64,000 nt of DNA from Lacunisphaera sp. (GTDB lineage: Bacteria > Verrucomicrobiota > Verrucomicrobiia > Opitutales > Opitutaceae): the NCBI GenBank assembly GCA_044224295.1, contig JBGAKQ010000003.1:81498-145497 (forward strand), in the 5' to 3' direction. The notes below the pieces were generated by a model that worked only from the letters and a program-made list of their open reading frames with translations, had not been told where the DNA came from and made no database searches. Made by a program: the position numbers and the translations under genes. The stretch's first letter is position 1, and each line of letters starts with the position of its first letter. Below are positions 30,151 through 39,264 of the stretch, piece by piece.

Positions 30151-31953
30151 ATGCCCCTCATCACCCCCGCGCAGTTGAAGTCCGGTTACGATGTGATTGT
30201 CGTTGGTTCTGGCGCGGGCGGCGGCCAGGCCGCGTACACTCTCACGATGGAGGGCGTGAAGGTGCTGATGCTCGAGGCCGGGCGAAACTACGTGCCCGAG
30301 ACCGAAACGCCGATGTTCGAAACGGCCGATCAGGCGCCGTTGCGCGGGACGTCGACGCCCGACAAGCCCTTTGGTTTTCACGACGCGACGATCGATGGCG
30401 GATGGCAAGTGCCGGGCGAGCCGTACACGAGCGCGATCGACGCTCCCGGTCGGAAGTTCGAATGGTGGCGCGCCCGCATGCTCGGCGGCCGCACCAACCA
30501 CTGGGGCCGGCTTTCCTTCCGCAACGGTCCGTATGATTTCAAGCCGCGCCGCCGCGACGGCCTCGGGTTTGACTGGCCGATGGATTACGAGGACCTCGCA
30601 CCGTACTACGACAAGGTCGAGATGCTGATCGGCGTTTACGGCAACAACGATGGCCTCGAGAACACGCCCAACTCCTCGCCGGGGGTCTTGTTGCCGCCGC
30701 CGAAGGCGCGCGTCAGCGACCGCTTGTTCCAGAAGCGCGCGGGCGAGCTCGGCATACCCGTGGTCGCCGCGCACCGCGCCGTGCTGAGCCAGCGCCTGGA
30801 TTCCGCGCGGCTGCCGGCCAAGTTGCACCCGGGAAACCCCATGGCGCAGCGCGTCCTGCGCGAGGCGATGGAAGGGCGCGCGGCCTGTTTCTGGGCGACG
30901 AACTGCGGGCGGGGTTGCGCGATCCGCGCCACGTACCAGTCGACGACCGTGCACCTGCCGCCGGCGATGGCGACCGGCAATCTCGACCTCGTGACCAACG
31001 CCATGGCGCGCGAGGTGACCACGGGCCCGGACGGCAAGGCGACCGGCGTCATCTTCATCGACAAGACGACCGGTCGCGAATTCACGGCCAAGGCGCGCGT
31101 CGTCGTGCTCGCCGCCAGCTCGGGCGAAACCGTGCGCCTGATGCTCAATTCCAAGTCGGCCCGTTTTCCGCAGGGCCTGGCGAACTCGTCCGGGTTGGTC
31201 GGCAAGTACCTCATGGACACGGTCGGCGCCGATTTTTCGGGCCAGATTCCCGTCTTGGAGAACCTGCCGCCGCACAACGAGGACGGCGCCGGCGGGTCGC
31301 ATGTGTACGCGCCGTGGTGGCTGTACCAGGAGCAGCTCGCCGGCAAGCTCGGCTTCGCGCGCGGCTATCACATCGAGTTCGGCGGTGGCCGTCACCTGCC
31401 GGGCATGGGCACGATCAGCGGGTGGGAGTGGCTCACCGGCGGCACCTACGGCCGGAAATTCAAGGAGGACGCGCGGCGCTACTATGGGTCGTTCGTCGGC
31501 TTCTCCGGCCGGGGCGAAATGATTCCGAACGAGGATTCGTTCTGCGAGCTCGACCCCGTCGTGAAGGACAAGTGGGGCATTCCGGTGCTGCGCTTCCACT
31601 GGAAGTGGTCGGAACACGAGATCCGCCAGGCGGCGCATATGCATAGAACCTTCGCCGAGATCATCTCCGCGATGGGCGGACGCGTTCGCGCGAAACCCCA
31701 GACCGACGGCGCCAAGGCCATTGCGAACGGCGGTGTGATCATCCACGAGGTCGGCGGCGCCATCATGGGCGACGACCCGAAGAAATCGGTGACCAACCAG
31801 TGGTCGCAAACCTGGGACGTGCCCAATCTCTTCCTCACCGACGGCGCGCCGTTCTGCAGCAACGCCGACAAGAACCCTACGCTCACGATCATGGCCCAGG
31901 CCTGGCGCTCCGCCGACCGCATCGTGGCCGAGCTGAAGAAACAGAATTTGTGA
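30151..31953 (+). CDS. GMC family FAD-dependent oxidoreductase (large subunit)
   Basis: YDVIVVGSGAGGGQAAYTL FAD motif, a C-terminal HEVGGAIMG active-site His context, and NLFLTDGAPF. 600 aa, no own signal peptide. Confidence 0.9.
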   Translation: MPLITPAQLKSGYDVIVVGSGAGGGQAAYTLTMEGVKVLMLEAGRNYVPETETPMFETADQAPLRGTSTPDKPFGFHDATIDGGWQVPGEPYTSAIDAPGRKFEWWRARMLGGRTNHWGRLSFRNGPYDFKPRRRDGLGFDWPMDYEDLAPYYDKVEMLIGVYGNNDGLENTPNSSPGVLLPPPKARVSDRLFQKRAGELGIPVVAAHRAVLSQRLDSARLPAKLHPGNPMAQRVLREAMEGRAACFWATNCGRGCAIRATYQSTTVHLPPAMATGNLDLVTNAMAREVTTGPDGKATGVIFIDKTTGREFTAKARVVVLAASSGETVRLMLNSKSARFPQGLANSSGLVGKYLMDTVGADFSGQIPVLENLPPHNEDGAGGSHVYAPWWLYQEQLAGKLGFARGYHIEFGGGRHLPGMGTISGWEWLTGGTYGRKFKEDARRYYGSFVGFSGRGEMIPNEDSFCELDPVVKDKWGIPVLRFHWKWSEHEIRQAAHMHRTFAEIISAMGGRVRAKPQTDGAKAIANGGVIIHEVGGAIMGDDPKKSVTNQWSQTWDVPNLFLTDGAPFCSNADKNPTLTIMAQAWRSADRIVAELKKQNL

Positions 31954-31966
31954 TGCGCGGCGATCA

Positions 31967-32060
31967 ACACACCCCGTCGCTGCGCGCCACCCCTCTCGAG
32001 AGGGGACCTTCTGCAGTGCGATCCCCTTTTGAGAGGGGTGCCCGACAGGGCGGGGTGTGT
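31967..32060. repeat. Palindromic repeat family B, copy 2 (between GMC large and small subunit genes)
   Basis: ACACACCCCGTCGCTGCGCGCCACCCCTCTCGAGAGGGGA ... TCCCCTTTTGAGAGGGGTGCCCGACAGGGCGGGGTGTGT. Confidence 0.8.
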
Positions 32061-32136
32061 CGGACGCGTGTCCGCGAGCGCACCACTCATCCCGTCGGGG
32101 TATAAAACCCCTCCCAACAAATTCAGGACCTGCCCC

Positions 32137-32775
32137 ATGGAACCTACTTCCCGCATCGACCGCCGCACCGCCATCAAGTGGATGCTCGCCGCCTCGGCCA
32201 CGCTGGCGATCGACCCGCAATTCACGCGCGCCGACGCGGCCGCCACGCCCTCGGGCCGGGGTTATGGCAGCGATCCTGACATCCTGCGGCACTATAAGCC
32301 GGGCGAGTTGTGGCCGCTGACCCTCACGGACGCCCAGCGACGGACGGCGGCCGCGCTTTGCGACGTCATCATTCCCGCGGACGAGTTCTCGCCGGCCGCC
32401 TCGGCGGTCGGCGTGGTGGACTTCATCGACGAATGGATCAGCGCGCCGTACCCGAAACAACGCGCCGACCGCGAGGTCGTGCTGCCGGGCCTGGCGTGGA
32501 TCGACGAGGAGGCGCACAAGCGGTTCGGGCGCGGCTTCGCGGAACTTGCGGCCACGCAGCACGCGGCGATCTGCGACGACATTTGTGCACCGGCCACGGC
32601 CAAGCCGGAGTTCAGTCAGGCGACGCAGTTCTTTTCCCTGTATCGCAACCTGACGGCCGGCGGTTTCTACACGACCCCGGTCGGGGCGAAGGACCTGCGC
32701 TACGTCGGCAACGTGCCGCTCGCGACATTCGACGGCCCGCCGCTGGAAGCGCTGAAGCAGGCGGGTTTGGCGTGA
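32137..32775 (+). CDS. Gluconate 2-dehydrogenase subunit 3-family protein (TAT-signal small subunit partner of the GMC oxidoreductase)
   Basis: The ATG at 32137 gives MEPTSRIDRRTAIKWMLAASATLAI, a twin-arginine-type signal. The size and the GGFYTTPVG C-terminal motif are typical of this family. Confidence 0.8.
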   Translation: MEPTSRIDRRTAIKWMLAASATLAIDPQFTRADAAATPSGRGYGSDPDILRHYKPGELWPLTLTDAQRRTAAALCDVIIPADEFSPAASAVGVVDFIDEWISAPYPKQRADREVVLPGLAWIDEEAHKRFGRGFAELAATQHAAICDDICAPATAKPEFSQATQFFSLYRNLTAGGFYTTPVGAKDLRYVGNVPLATFDGPPLEALKQAGLA

Positions 32776-32792
32776 GCGCTTATGGCATCCCT

Positions 32793-32893
32793 ACACACCC
32801 CGCCCTGCCGGGCACCCCTCTCGAGAGGGGATCTGCGTTGGCGCCGTCCGGGGTCCCCTCTCGAGAGGGGTGGCGCGCAGCGACGGGGTGTGT
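32793..32893. repeat. Palindromic repeat family B, copy 3 (between small subunit and DUF1080 genes)
   Basis: ACACACCCCGCCCTGCCGGGCACCCCTCTCGAGAGGGGATC ... GTCCCCTCTCGAGAGGGGTGGCGCGCAGCGACGGGGTGTGT. Confidence 0.8.
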
Positions 32894-32912
32894 TCTCGGA
32901 AAAGATTCCTTT

Positions 32913-33572
32913 ATGAAAACCATGTTCATCGCGCTCCTCACGCTCGGTGGCCTCTGCGCCGCGCTCACCGCCGCCGAAACCAACACGCTCACCCCCGCTG
33001 AGAAAACCGCGGGCTGGCAGCTCCTGTTCGACGGCCAATCGCTCAACGGCTGGAAGACGAACGAATCGCCGGCGACGTTCTCCGTCGCGAACGGCGAATT
33101 GGTCGTCAAGGGCACGCGCTCACACCTGTTCTACGATGGCCCGGTGGCGAATCACGACTTCAAGAATTTCGAACTGACGGTCGACGTGCTCACCAAGCCC
33201 AAGGCGAACTCGGGGGTGTATCTCCACACCGAGTGGCAGGCCGAAGGCTGGCCCGCGAAGGGGTACGAGGTGCAGGTGAACAACAGTCACAAGGACCCCA
33301 AGCGGACCGCGGGGCTATATGGCATCAAGGACAACCTCGAGGCGGTCGCGAAGGACGACGTTTGGTTCACGCTGGTGATCCGCGTGGACGGCCGGCACAT
33401 CACGACCAGCGTGGACGGAAAGGTCATCATCGATTTCATGGAGCCGGAGGGGTGGACGCCGCCCGCGGATTTCGCGGGCCGGAAGCTCGCGCACGGCACC
33501 TTCGCCCTGCAGGGGCATGATCCGGGCAGCGAAGTGCATTATCGGAACATCAAGGTGCGCGTGCTGCCATAG
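32913..33572 (+). CDS. DUF1080 (3-keto-disaccharide hydrolase family, concanavalin-like) protein, Sec-secreted
   Basis: The ATG at 32913 gives MKTMFIALLTLGGLCAALTAAE. GWQLLFDGQSLNGWK, FELTVDV, NSGVYLH, GYEVQV, FALQGHDPGSEVHYRNIKV are the family hallmarks. Confidence 0.8.
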   Translation: MKTMFIALLTLGGLCAALTAAETNTLTPAEKTAGWQLLFDGQSLNGWKTNESPATFSVANGELVVKGTRSHLFYDGPVANHDFKNFELTVDVLTKPKANSGVYLHTEWQAEGWPAKGYEVQVNNSHKDPKRTAGLYGIKDNLEAVAKDDVWFTLVIRVDGRHITTSVDGKVIIDFMEPEGWTPPADFAGRKLAHGTFALQGHDPGSEVHYRNIKVRVLP

Positions 33573-33652
33573 TGTCAGGCAGGACGCCGTTTTTCGGCGC
33601 CCGCACGCGCCGTCGCGCGCCACCCCTGCAACAAGCTCTCAACCCACTAAAA

Positions 33653-34519
33653 ATGACCCCTCCATTCACCCGTCGCGATGTCCTGCAATCCCTCCTCGCC
33701 GGCGCCGCCCTGGCGGCGCTGCCCCGCACCGCCTTCGGCGCCGACGCGACCGCGCCGGTGGCCACGGGGTTCCGTCACTCCGTGTGCAAATGGTGCTTCA
33801 AGGACATCCCGCTCGCCGAGTTCGCGGCGGCGGTGAAGGAGTTCGGCCTCGAGTCGGTCGAGCTGCTCAATCCCGACGAGTGGCCGGTCGTCCAGAAGCT
33901 CGGCCTGACGTGCGCCATGGCGACGGGCACGACGACAATTCCCAAGGGGTTCAACCGGGTCGAAAACCACGCCGCTTATGTTCCTTCCATGATCGAGCGC
34001 ATCAAGCTGTGCGCCGATGCGGGCCTGCCGAACGTGATCGTGTTCTCCGGCAATCGCGAAGGCATGTCCGACGAGCAGGGGTTGGAAAACTGCGCGGTCG
34101 GCCTGAAACAGATTGTCGGCGAAGCCGAGAAGCGCGGCGTCACCGTGTGCATGGAACTCCTCAACTCGAAGGTGAACCACAAGGACTACATGTGCGATCG
34201 CACGCCCTGGGGCGTCGAGCTCGTGAAGCGCGTGGGCTCGGAGCGCTTCAAGCTGCTTTACGACATCTACCACATGCAGATCATGGAAGGGGACGTGATC
34301 CGCACGATTCAAGATGCGCATCCCTACATTGGCCACTACCACACCGCCGGCAATCCGGGACGTCACGAAATCGACGACAGCCAGGAATTGAACTATCCGG
34401 CGATCATGCGCGCCATCAAGGCCACCGGTTTCAAGGGCTTCGTCGCCCAGGAATTCATCCCCGCGAAAAAGCCCGCCCTCGATTCGCTGAAGGCCGCGGT
34501 GAAGCTGTGCACGGTGTGA
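33653..34519 (+). CDS. Hydroxypyruvate-isomerase-like / xylose-isomerase-like TIM-barrel protein with TAT signal (periplasmic)
   Basis: The ATG at 33653 gives MTPPFTRRDVLQSLLAGAALAALP, a twin-arginine motif. Also CKWCFKD, VCMELLN, YDIYHMQIMEGD, GHYHTAG, QEFIP. Confidence 0.85.
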   Translation: MTPPFTRRDVLQSLLAGAALAALPRTAFGADATAPVATGFRHSVCKWCFKDIPLAEFAAAVKEFGLESVELLNPDEWPVVQKLGLTCAMATGTTTIPKGFNRVENHAAYVPSMIERIKLCADAGLPNVIVFSGNREGMSDEQGLENCAVGLKQIVGEAEKRGVTVCMELLNSKVNHKDYMCDRTPWGVELVKRVGSERFKLLYDIYHMQIMEGDVIRTIQDAHPYIGHYHTAGNPGRHEIDDSQELNYPAIMRAIKATGFKGFVAQEFIPAKKPALDSLKAAVKLCTV

Positions 34520-34567
34520 TCGATCGGTAATTGGAGGCGGGGTCCTCGCCCTGCCTCCAGGCAAAAT

Positions 34568-35260
34568 TCAATACCCCGCTTCCTTCAGCGCCGCCAGGAT
34601 GCGGCGTTCGCCGCCGCCAATGTGCCGGGCCATCAACTTTTCGGCCTGCGCGGCGTCTCGCTTGCGGATTGCCTCAACCACCTTGATGTGCTCCTGCGTC
34701 GATTCCTCCGCGTCGATGCCGACGTCCAGACCCAGGAAACACGGCCGCTGGTGTCGCTCGAGGACGGTCGCGACGAGGCTTTCCAGCTGGCTGTTCCGCG
34801 CGCACCGGGCGATCTCCACGTGAAAACGATTATTCGCAAGCAGGTACGCGCGGTAGCTCTTGTGGTCACCGAGCGTGTACGAGAGCGTGGAAAGCTCCGA
34901 CAGTCGATTGACGTCCTCGGGGGTGGCGCGTTCCGCCGCCAAGGCCGCGACGGCGGGTTCGATCATCCGGCGCACCTCGCATAGATCCTGGAAGCTGCGG
35001 GCCGTCAGCGGGGCGACGGTGTAGCCGCGAAACGGACTCGCCATCACCAGGTTCTCGTTGGCCAGGCGGTTGAGCGCCTCGCGGATCGGCGTGCGCGAAA
35101 CGCCCAGCTGCGCGCAGAGCTCGGCCTCGATCAAGCGGTCGTCGGGTTTGAGGAGGCAGGTGAGGATGCTGTGCTTGAGCTCAGCGTAGACGCGGTCCGG
35201 CAGTACGCTCCCACCTGTGCGATTGCCATTGCTCGTTTCGGGCGCAGAAGCGGTTTTCAT
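34568..35260 (-). CDS. GntR family transcriptional regulator, FadR subfamily (FCD ligand domain)
   Basis: The ATG at 35260. Winged HTH LIEAELCAQLGVSRTPIREALNRLANENLV, then an FCD-like helical domain (EVRRMIEPAVAALAAERATPEDV ... FHVEIARCARNSQL ... EHIKVVEAIRKRD). Confidence 0.9.
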   Translation of the reverse strand: MKTASAPETSNGNRTGGSVLPDRVYAELKHSILTCLLKPDDRLIEAELCAQLGVSRTPIREALNRLANENLVMASPFRGYTVAPLTARSFQDLCEVRRMIEPAVAALAAERATPEDVNRLSELSTLSYTLGDHKSYRAYLLANNRFHVEIARCARNSQLESLVATVLERHQRPCFLGLDVGIDAEESTQEHIKVVEAIRKRDAAQAEKLMARHIGGGERRILAALKEAGY

Positions 35261-35335
35261 GGTGGGGTGAACCGGGCGATTTATCCGGGCCAGCGCCCCG
35301 GGGGTCGAGTAATTAATAAGGAGCAACTGCCGGCC

Positions 35336-36814
35336 TTACCGGATGAACAACCCGGTAAGGTAGATATACCAGCCGCCCAGGAGCACGCAAACGCCGGCAT
35401 GGAGCATGGCGGAGTTCCGCCACCGCCACAGCAGCCAGCAGAGCGGGGCCGTCACGGGAAAAGCAATGAGCGCCAGCGTGACCGGTTTGACCAGCCAGTG
35501 TTCCGCCAGGCGGTGGGTAAAGGCCCAGTTGTTGGCGTCCTTGGCCACCACGGCGTAGGCCAGGGTGAGGGTGGCTACGCCGATCACGGGGCCGATCCAC
35601 CGGACCGCCGGGGAGGCGGAGGCGGCCGGTTGCGCGGAGGGCCGCGCCGGTTGCGCGGCGTGGGCGCGGCGGCGCCACCACATCCAGGCGCCACTCAGCG
35701 CGAGGAAACTCGGCGTCATGCCGAGGATGAACCAAATGACTTTGGTGAAGAGGCCGCCGAAATAACCGAAATGAATCGGATCGAAAGCCCAGTAGATCCG
35801 GTTCCAACCGGTGTCCTCTCGGCCGTCGACCTTGCTGAGCACGTCACCGGTCACCGGGTCGAGCCGCAGGGAATTGCGCCGGCGCACATGGCTTTGGGCC
35901 ACCAGCATGCTGGGCACGTCGCCGGTCATGACCGCGGGTGTGCCGGCCTTCGCGGGAATGGTCATCGTGCGCACGGTGAAATCGGGAAACGCCGCGCGGG
36001 CGCGCGCCAGCAATTCGTTGGCGCCGAGCACCGGACCCGTCGCGAGGCGCTTGGCCGCTTGCCCGGGTTTCTCGGTCATCTCGCCGCCTTCGGCGGAATC
36101 GGCCGGCGCCGTGGCGGCCGAAGGGGAACTGAACCACTTCTTCTCGATGCGGACATACGCGCCCTCCAGGCCGAAGACCGCGCCGGTGAATCCAATCATC
36201 AGGTTGAACACGAGCGACCACACCCCGATGAACTTGTGCAACTCGGCCCAGGGCGGCCGGGTGCCCCAGCTGCCTTTCAGCCGCAATTGGAAGAGTTTCT
36301 TGATCCAGCCGCGGTAGATCCAGAGGCCCGTCGCGCAGGACAGCATCAGCGTCACGCCGAACACCCCGACGAACATGCGGCCCCACGCGCCCATCAGCAG
36401 GCGAACGTGCGACTGGCGGATGAATTGGTAGATCGTGCTGGTATAACCTCCGCCGGGAGCGCGCTCACCAGTGACCGCCCCGGTGGCGGGATCGACGTAC
36501 GCCGTCACGCCGCGACTTTTCCCATTGGGCTGCCGGACCGACAGGGCCGCTTCATGCGCGAAGTGCGGGCGCACTGAAAATTCGAGGCGGTTGATCCGGG
36601 CACCCGGGTACTGCGCTTGGAGGCTGGCGATGATGGCCTCCGCGTCGACGCGTTTGCCGTCGGCCGCGGGTTCGACGCGCATGCCGGGCGTCACCATCCA
36701 TTCAATTTCCGGAGCGAAAACGGCCACCGCGCCGGTGAACCCAATAAGGAACAGGAAGAGGCCGGTGAGCAATCCCAGCCAAACGTGCCAGCGAAAGACG
36801 GTTTTCAGGGTCAT
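35336..36814 (-). CDS. PepSY-associated TM-helix protein (PiuB/FoxB-like putative ferric-siderophore reductase)
   Basis: The start is trimmed to the ATG at 36814, giving MTLKTVFRWHVWLGLLTGLFLFLIGFTGAVAVF. There are repeated TM helices with conserved His (LHKFIGVWSL, DPIHFGYFGG). The longer ORF to 37345 overlaps the receptor gene. Confidence 0.8.
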   Translation of the reverse strand: MTLKTVFRWHVWLGLLTGLFLFLIGFTGAVAVFAPEIEWMVTPGMRVEPAADGKRVDAEAIIASLQAQYPGARINRLEFSVRPHFAHEAALSVRQPNGKSRGVTAYVDPATGAVTGERAPGGGYTSTIYQFIRQSHVRLLMGAWGRMFVGVFGVTLMLSCATGLWIYRGWIKKLFQLRLKGSWGTRPPWAELHKFIGVWSLVFNLMIGFTGAVFGLEGAYVRIEKKWFSSPSAATAPADSAEGGEMTEKPGQAAKRLATGPVLGANELLARARAAFPDFTVRTMTIPAKAGTPAVMTGDVPSMLVAQSHVRRRNSLRLDPVTGDVLSKVDGREDTGWNRIYWAFDPIHFGYFGGLFTKVIWFILGMTPSFLALSGAWMWWRRRAHAAQPARPSAQPAASASPAVRWIGPVIGVATLTLAYAVVAKDANNWAFTHRLAEHWLVKPVTLALIAFPVTAPLCWLLWRWRNSAMLHAGVCVLLGGWYIYLTGLFIR

Positions 36815-36882
36815 TGGGGCGGGGGAACGCGGGCGTTCATGAACAGGCGCCACCCCGGAAAGGGTGGCGCCCGGAGGGAGAG

Positions 36883-38982
36883 TTAGAAGCGGTAGTTTGC
36901 CGTGCCGGTGAAGGTGCGCGGATTTCCGGGGAAGTTGCCGTCGGAAGTGAACACGCTCTTCACGTAGTGGTTGTCGAGGAGGTTTTCGCACCGCAGGGTG
37001 AGGCGGAGCTTCTTCCAGCGATAGTACGCGGAGGCGTTGTAGACGATATACTCCGGTCCCGGGAAATTGCCCGCGCCGGAGAAGTTCGGGCGCTCGCCGA
37101 CATAGCTGCCCCCCAAGCTGAAGCCGAGCTTGGTGTCGGGAATGTTGTAGCGCGCGAAAAAGCCGGCCTTGTGATGGGGCGCGTTGGGGAAGCGGCTGCC
37201 AGGCGGGGTGGCGGCGAGGACGCTGCGCGTGACCATGGCATTGTTGTAGGCGTACGTGGCGACGACGCTCAAATCCTTCGTGACCTGGCCGGTGACGTCG
37301 AACTCGAAGCCCTTGCTCGTGACGTCGCCGATCGGGGCCAGCCAAGTGGACGGGGCGCCGGGCGTCGGGTCACGCTCGAGGATGTTCGTCTTCATGATCT
37401 TGTAGGCGGTGGTCGTGATGCCCAGGCGCTTGTTGAAGAGATCCAACTTGAAGCCGCCCTCCCAGGAATTGCTTTCCTGCGGGGGAAAGGGTCCGTTGCG
37501 GTCCTCGCTGCCCAGTGATTGGGGCACCAGGCCCATGGAGTAGCTGATGAAGGCGGCGATATCGGGGCGGATCATATAAACCGCGCCTCCGCGGTAGGTG
37601 AGCACCGAGTCATCGAATTGGTCGACCGTCGGGCGGGAGCGGCTGTCGTCGTAATTTTCGAGGCGCAGGCCGGCGAGCAGGTGAACCTTGTCCTTGATGT
37701 TGATCTGGTCCTGCAGGTAGTAGCCCAGGCGTTTCTTCACGGTATCCGTCGGCACCACGCCGTCGAGGGAGAGGTTATACATCGACCCGCTGCTCAGACC
37801 GTAGACCGGATTGTAGACGTTGATGGCCACGACCTGGGCTTGGGGAATGGTCTTCGTGGTGAAGACGCGGTTCGCATAGGAGAATTCCGCGCCGGTGAGG
37901 ATCTTGTGCTTCGCGCGGAGGAACTCGAGGTCGGCCACGCCGTTCACTGCCCACGAGTACTCTTCCATCGCGCGAAGCTGGATGCGGAATTCGCGCGGCC
38001 AGAGTCCGGTGGTGGGGTTGAAGGTGTTGGTCTCGTGATATGCCTGGTCGGCGTCGCTCTGGAAATAGCGCGCGTAGGCATTCACATGCACGTTCTGCGA
38101 GATATTGTGGTCGAGCTGGACGCTGTAGACGGTCGTGGCCAGGTTCTGGTAGTCGGTGGCCTCGGCGCCGTTGAAGCTGATGTCGGTGGCCCAGCCGGTC
38201 GCGAGGTAGGGGATGCCGCGGAGACGGGCACCGTTCTGGTCGTTCTTGATGTACTCGATCCCGGCGGTGGCGCGGGTCGACTTGCCGGCGACCCACGTGA
38301 AGCTGAAGTTCGCGTTGGTCGACTCCTGGTGGTAGTTGGCGCGGAAGCTATCGCGCTCATAGTAGTTGGCGCTGGCGAGATACAGGAAGCGTTTCTTCGC
38401 GTCCAGGGGGCCGGTGACGCTCGCGTTGCCGCCGATCAGTCCGTACTCGCCGAAACGCGTGCCGATGGAGGCGTCGAATTCAGCGCGCGGCTTGGCCGTC
38501 ACGATGTTGATCAGGCCGCCCGGCTCGTTGTCGCCGTACAGCAACCCGACGGGGCCCTTGAGCAGTTCCACCTGCTGCACGTTATCCAGCGTGGCCACGC
38601 CGAATTCATTGTAGGGGCTGCCGGCAATGCCGTTGTAGCGCGTCTGCTCCTGACGGAAGCCGCGGGCACTGACGCCACCGTAGCTAAATTCCGTGACGGC
38701 GCCCATCAGCGGGTACAAGTCCGTGATGTCGGTGGCGCCCATGTCCTCGATCAGGTCCTTGGTGATGACCTGAATGTTCTGAGGTATATTAATGAGTGGC
38801 GTGTCGGTCTTGGTGCCCGTGATCGCGGTCGCGCTCTTGTAAGCGGAGTCCTGCCGGTCGGTCACTTTGAACTTATCCAGTTCAAGGACCTTCTTGTCGT
38901 CGAGTTTTTCCGGCGCCTCGTCGGCGGCGGACATAGCGGTGGCGAGCACCGCGGACATCATGAGCGCATGGATCGTCTTCAT
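36883..38982 (-). CDS. TonB-dependent siderophore-type receptor (FhuA/FhuE-like)
   Basis: Signal peptide, then the plug TGTKTDTPLINIPQNIQVITKDLIEDMGATDITD...GVSARGF...VELLKGPVGLLYG. A 22-strand-size barrel ends in NYRF. Confidence 0.9.
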   Translation of the reverse strand: MKTIHALMMSAVLATAMSAADEAPEKLDDKKVLELDKFKVTDRQDSAYKSATAITGTKTDTPLINIPQNIQVITKDLIEDMGATDITDLYPLMGAVTEFSYGGVSARGFRQEQTRYNGIAGSPYNEFGVATLDNVQQVELLKGPVGLLYGDNEPGGLINIVTAKPRAEFDASIGTRFGEYGLIGGNASVTGPLDAKKRFLYLASANYYERDSFRANYHQESTNANFSFTWVAGKSTRATAGIEYIKNDQNGARLRGIPYLATGWATDISFNGAEATDYQNLATTVYSVQLDHNISQNVHVNAYARYFQSDADQAYHETNTFNPTTGLWPREFRIQLRAMEEYSWAVNGVADLEFLRAKHKILTGAEFSYANRVFTTKTIPQAQVVAINVYNPVYGLSSGSMYNLSLDGVVPTDTVKKRLGYYLQDQINIKDKVHLLAGLRLENYDDSRSRPTVDQFDDSVLTYRGGAVYMIRPDIAAFISYSMGLVPQSLGSEDRNGPFPPQESNSWEGGFKLDLFNKRLGITTTAYKIMKTNILERDPTPGAPSTWLAPIGDVTSKGFEFDVTGQVTKDLSVVATYAYNNAMVTRSVLAATPPGSRFPNAPHHKAGFFARYNIPDTKLGFSLGGSYVGERPNFSGAGNFPGPEYIVYNASAYYRWKKLRLTLRCENLLDNHYVKSVFTSDGNFPGNPRTFTGTANYRF

Positions 38983-39054
38983 GGGAAGTAGCGAGAGGTT
39001 GTTTGCCCGGTGAACGGGACGTGACTAGCAGCCGAAATGCCAGCGGCAAGCCTT

Positions 39055-39065
39055 ATTGTATACGA
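39055..39065. promoter_or_regulatory. Candidate GntR operator ATTGTATACGA (site 1; ~75 nt upstream of the siderophore-type receptor start)
   Basis: The 11-mer is identical to 51277-51287. It contains the palindrome GTATAC and is an AT-rich island in a GC-rich intergenic region. Confidence 0.4.
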
Positions 39066-39264
39066 AATCGAAGAAGCGCCCGAAAAACCCGGGCGAGCCA
39101 GGCGGCGTTAGGCCTGCTGTATTTGAGGACGTCGGGAAAGGACATGGCCGATAAAGTTCGTGTTTTTCACTCTCACGAGCGTGTAAGCGGAATGCGCGCA
39201 CGCGGTGCCTGCCGGCAGGGCGCGGGCTCGAAAAACGGAGGTCGGTATTCTTTTGGGGTTGCCT

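Noticed and set aside
30019-32562. 847-aa ORF antisense to the GMC oxidoreductase and its small subunit
   Set aside because: It runs through a family B repeat and two plus-strand genes, and shows no domain-like motifs and extreme Arg/Gly content.
26252-32893. Possibility that the recurring palindromes form a CRISPR array
   Set aside because: The copies are kilobases apart, separated by genes, of several unrelated families, and internally palindromic with variable loops. There is no regular repeat-spacer periodicity and no cas genes.
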